A stretch of 64,000 bases of DNA from Mizuhopecten yessoensis (lineage: Eukaryota). The translations under genes were made by a program, and so were the position numbers. The stretch spans positions 133,912 to 197,911 of the forward strand of contig NW_018408803.1 of assembly GCF_002113885.1 (NCBI RefSeq), in the 5' to 3' direction. Below the pieces are notes generated by a model. The model was not told where the DNA came from. It saw only the letters and a list, made by a program, of their open reading frames with translations, and made no database searches. This document shows, one piece after another, positions 63,158 to 64,000 of the stretch. Positions within the stretch are counted from its first letter, which is position 1. Each line of letters begins with the position of its first letter.

Positions 63158-63599
63158 GAAGTGGATTGTTTTTCCTATGTAACTAGACATTATTTTTAGG
63201 ATTGGATCAGGTTACCAAGTACCTGGTTGTAGTTTTTGTTATGAGTATAAAATCTGGTTAGCAAATCTGCGTACCCGAAAACCGTCACAAAATGTAGGTC
63301 GATATTTGTATTAATCCTGGTCAGAAATATCACTCCTGACTGTTGTTTGACAAACCTCGAAAACACTCATCATCAGTATACTTGCTATACCATTGAGCGC
63401 ATGTATACAATAAACTTTGGATGTAAACATGATATTGACGGACATTCTGTTGAACAATGTAACTTTAGTTATCATTCATGGGCAGCTATATATAGCTACC
63501 TTCTGTGGTCTGAACAGAAGTGATGCCTAAAATATGTACGTGTGCATATGGTTAACAACACATAAATGTAATGTGAAACTAGGGGAATTTCCTAGTCGG

Positions 63600-63775
63600 G
63601 AGGCTAGTGATATCTATAGATATAACGTTAACCCATGAGGCTAGTGATATCTATATATATAACGTTAACCCACGAGGCTAGTGATATCTATATATATATC
63701 GTTAACCCATGAGGCTAGTGATATCTATATATATATATAGTGATATCTATATATATATATAGTGATATCTATAAA
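63600..63775 (+). repeat. 37-bp tandem repeat with (TA)n core
   Basis: GAGGCTAGTGATATCTATA at 63600, 63637, 63674 and 63711. Confidence 0.85.
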
Positions 63776-64000
63776 AAATAGAACAAAAGACAGAGATAGC
63801 GTCTCTAGGCCTTTCTCGGGTTGATTCCCCGTTCATCAGGAGATTGTTTATTTTGAAAACAGGTATTTACTTAGACAAATGCATAACTTCATGATCTTAC
63901 CAACAATAAAAAATACAGGAGATACAAATTGTTTCATTTACGGCAACAATAAAATATGAACAATAATATTTAAAGCACAGCAATTGCTTAAAGCATGACA

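Overview
AT-rich animal genomic DNA with spliceosomal introns. The repeat content and gene families suggest a bivalve mollusc, which is an inference. (1) A complete 15-exon NRF-6/OACYL-like gene (NRF domain plus acyltransferase-3) lies on + at 199..33002. I spliced it by hand: all introns are GT-AG, the phases are consistent, and the CDS is 2274 nt (757 aa). (2) Two RING-less B-box/coiled-coil/NHL-like (TRIM-like) genes with intronless CDS lie on the - strand. One is nested antisense in the last NRF-6 intron (28963..30651) and one is free-standing (42845..44497). (3) An inverted, decayed paralogue of the NRF-6 gene (47053..57614, -) keeps recognisable exons 1, 12, 13 and 15 only. It shows patchy near-identity to the intact gene and a 3.2-kb 28-bp satellite related to a few degenerate units in the same intron of the intact gene. 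(4) There is a dense mobile-element and repeat landscape: SINEs, CR1, L1/Tx1 and Hero LINE fragments, MITEs, Helentron/HINE-like elements and minisatellites. The most unusual element is a miniature LTR element whose ~145-bp LTRs carry a 5S rRNA-derived Pol III promoter segment (Cassandra/Ajax-like), with a candidate PBS and PPT. Copies lie on both sides of the nested gene. Related miniature LTR elements with tRNA-like LTRs (Helenus-like) are also present. Most short ORFs in the track are spurious. Repeat boundaries are approximate.
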